Shown: one piece after another, positions 61,700 to 64,000 of the stretch
Numbering within the stretch: the first letter of the stretch is position 1
Layout of the letters: every line of letters begins with the position of its first letter
From: Octopus sinensis
Lineage: Eukaryota
DNA: 64,000 nt
Assembly (NCBI RefSeq): GCF_006345805.1
Contig: NC_043001.1
Coordinates: 682,001-746,000, forward strand
Direction of reading: 5' to 3'
Program-made: the position numbers and the translations under genes
Notes under the pieces: model-generated
What the model saw: only the letters and a program-made list of their open reading frames with translations
What the model was told of the DNA's origin: nothing
Databases searched by the model: none

Positions 61700-63497
61700 G
61701 CAATCCCAAAGAATGTTCAGAAATCATTGCTGGATGCTATGCAGGCATCTTTACTGTCGAAGACCAAAATGTTCCATCTTCATCACCACTGACACCGGAC
61801 TCTATATCTACTATGCAATTTACACCAGCAATGCTGCAACGCCACCTTAAGAATAAACGCAACTATGCCTCTCCTGGTCTCGATGGTGTTACATACCTAC
61901 TTCTCAAATGCGGTGGGTACTTTCTTCTAAGCCAACTTTCTCTATTCTTCCAATTCTGTCTTGACAATGGTGTTACTCCAGAGCAGTGGAAAACTGCCAG
62001 TGTTATCCCTCTGTTCAAAAAAGGTGACCGCACATCACCTGTCAACTATCGCCCCGTTAGTCTTATTAGCTGCATCGCCAAACTGATGGAATCCTGTGCC
62101 AGAGAAACCCTCTGGAACTTCTGGCAGTCTCACAGCCTCATCCAGCCGTCACAATTTGGATTTATTCCTAACTCCAGCTGCTGTAATCAACTCATCGAGT
62201 TTCTTGAGGACATTACCCAAATCACTGATTGCGGATCCTGGGTGGATGTTGTTTACCTGGACTTTGCTAAGGCTTTTAACTCTGTGCCACACAAAAGACT
62301 TATGGTGAAACTCTCTGCGTTGGGAGTAAGAGACGATCTCTATAACTGGTTGAAGTCCTTTATTATCAGCTGAAAAGAGGTTGTCACAGTTCTAGGACAG
62401 CACTCTTCACCCTATGAGATGACATCTGGTGTACCACAGGGATCTGTTCTTGGCCCCCTTTTATTTGTTGCATATGTTAATGACATAGATGCCAACTTAA
62501 AGAATGCCACAGTGCTGAAATATGCAGAGGACATCAAGCTGTACCTCGAAATAAAGATGTCAGATCCTGTACACTATAGATCTCTATTGCAATCAGACCT
62601 GGACACAATGCAGCAGTGGATCATGGACTGGCAACTCAAGCTGGCTGTGGACAAATGTGCCACCATGCATTCTGGGAGGAGAAACCCAGCGTCCACCTAC
62701 TCCCTCCACAACACTAGTCTCAAAAATTCTTCATGTGAACGTGACCTGGGTGTTATTGTCAACAGTGATTTGCGTTGGACAAAACACATCGCTAAAATTG
62801 CCAAGAAGGCTGAGGGTGTCTTGGCATCACTCACCAAGTCCTTTATGAGCCGCTCTCCGGCTATCTATCTGCGGCTTTATATAGCTATGGTAAGACCTCA
62901 CCTGGAATTTGCATCACCAGTCTGGAACCCCTATGTTGCCCAGGATATTAATCGTCTGGAAGCCGTTCAGCAACGTGCAACCAAAAGAATACCCTCCATC
63001 AGGCATTTGCCATATTCTGAACGCCTTACTTCCCTGGGCATGGACACATTGAAACTCAGACGTCTGGCAGCTGACATGGCAGACACCCATAAAATTATTA
63101 ACCATCTTACAAGCAATAACTCTGAGCACCTTTTCAAACTCCATCCGTCTAACACCCGTGGGCATATTTACAAAGTCAGAAAACAGTACAACTCCCATGA
63201 CTTTTGGAAACATTTTTTCACGCTGAGAGTTGCTGAAGCATGGAACAAACTGTCGGCATCAGTTGTTAGTTGTCGGAGCACTGCATCCTTCAAAATTTCC
63301 ATGCTTTCTGAGATTCGCCAACACTACACCTGATTTTGTCCCCTCCACACACACACAAGCATGTATCTGACTCATACATTGTTTGCTTTCCAGACATTTG
63401 TACATTACTGTATACGCTTTATACGCACTTTCTGCCAAGTTGTGGTGCATCTGAGCACTGTATACAATAATTTCATTATTATTATTATTATTATTAT
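61700..63497 (+). mobile_element. 5'-truncated CR1/L2-group LINE; RT-domain ORF 61813-63333 with a single in-frame stop
   Basis: ASPGLDG; WKTASVIPLFKKGDRTSPVNYRPVSL; QFGF; VVYLDFAKAFNSVPH; SGVPQGSVLGPLLF; KYAED; ERDLGVIV; VRPHLEFASPVWNP; (ATT)n tail. Confidence 0.95.
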
Positions 63498-64000
63498 ATG
63501 TGGTTTGATAGGTTACGAGAATATGGGTGGGGAGAGGCAGGTATTGGGCATGGGGAAAGGGTTTTGTTGGCAGGGAGTTTGAAGTTTCTCTGGGTCTGTG
63601 GGACATCCAGTTTGAATAACTCATAGAATTGGTGAAATTCGGAAGTTACAATCAATTAAATTACATTGCACACACACACATTAACACACACATACATAAG
63701 CACAAACACAGAGAATTTTGAAATTATGTCTTAGAGAAACCAGCAAAGCAGTTTGTTAGAAAATCTCAAAAGCAGAGAACACCCATATTGATATGGCAAT
63801 AAACATTACATCCATATAGAAACCAATTCACTTCATTTCACAATCTGTAACAAAACTACTACTACAGTTCTGTATTCTAGAGATGAGGAATTATTCACAT
63901 TATTTACATTATTTACATTTGACGGATATTTGTCCTCATCTTGTTTGTTGTTAACACAATGATATACCCTCTAGCCTTCACCAGGTGTCTTAGGGAAATT

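Overview
This is AT-rich eukaryotic (animal) non-coding DNA, dense in microsatellites and decayed transposons. The repeat set suggests an octopod cephalopod; that is inference from family recognition, not a database result. The set comprises two tRNA-like SINE families, RTE LINEs with (GAT)n tails, a CR1-type LINE, Tigger/pogo, mariner and DD37D remnants, hAT and piggyBac MITEs, and a Helitron-like piece. No host protein-coding gene is supportable. Most listed ORFs are microsatellite artefacts and the real coding remnants are all transposon-derived. The strongest signal is a set of short non-coding elements carrying minimal type-I hammerhead-ribozyme folds (1633-1670, 1943-1993, 5920-5955, 18449-18496/19287-19334, 38053-38097). 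One has a G3:C8-swapped catalytic core. Several sit in a recurring fold-back layout, a long inverted copy plus an unpaired 3' tail, as expected for Penelope-like/retrozyme-type retroelements. Other highlights are an RTE LINE ending in three C2H2 zinc fingers, a non-autonomous partner sharing its tail, and several perfected DNA palindromes. All coordinates were read by eye; element boundaries are approximate unless termini are quoted.
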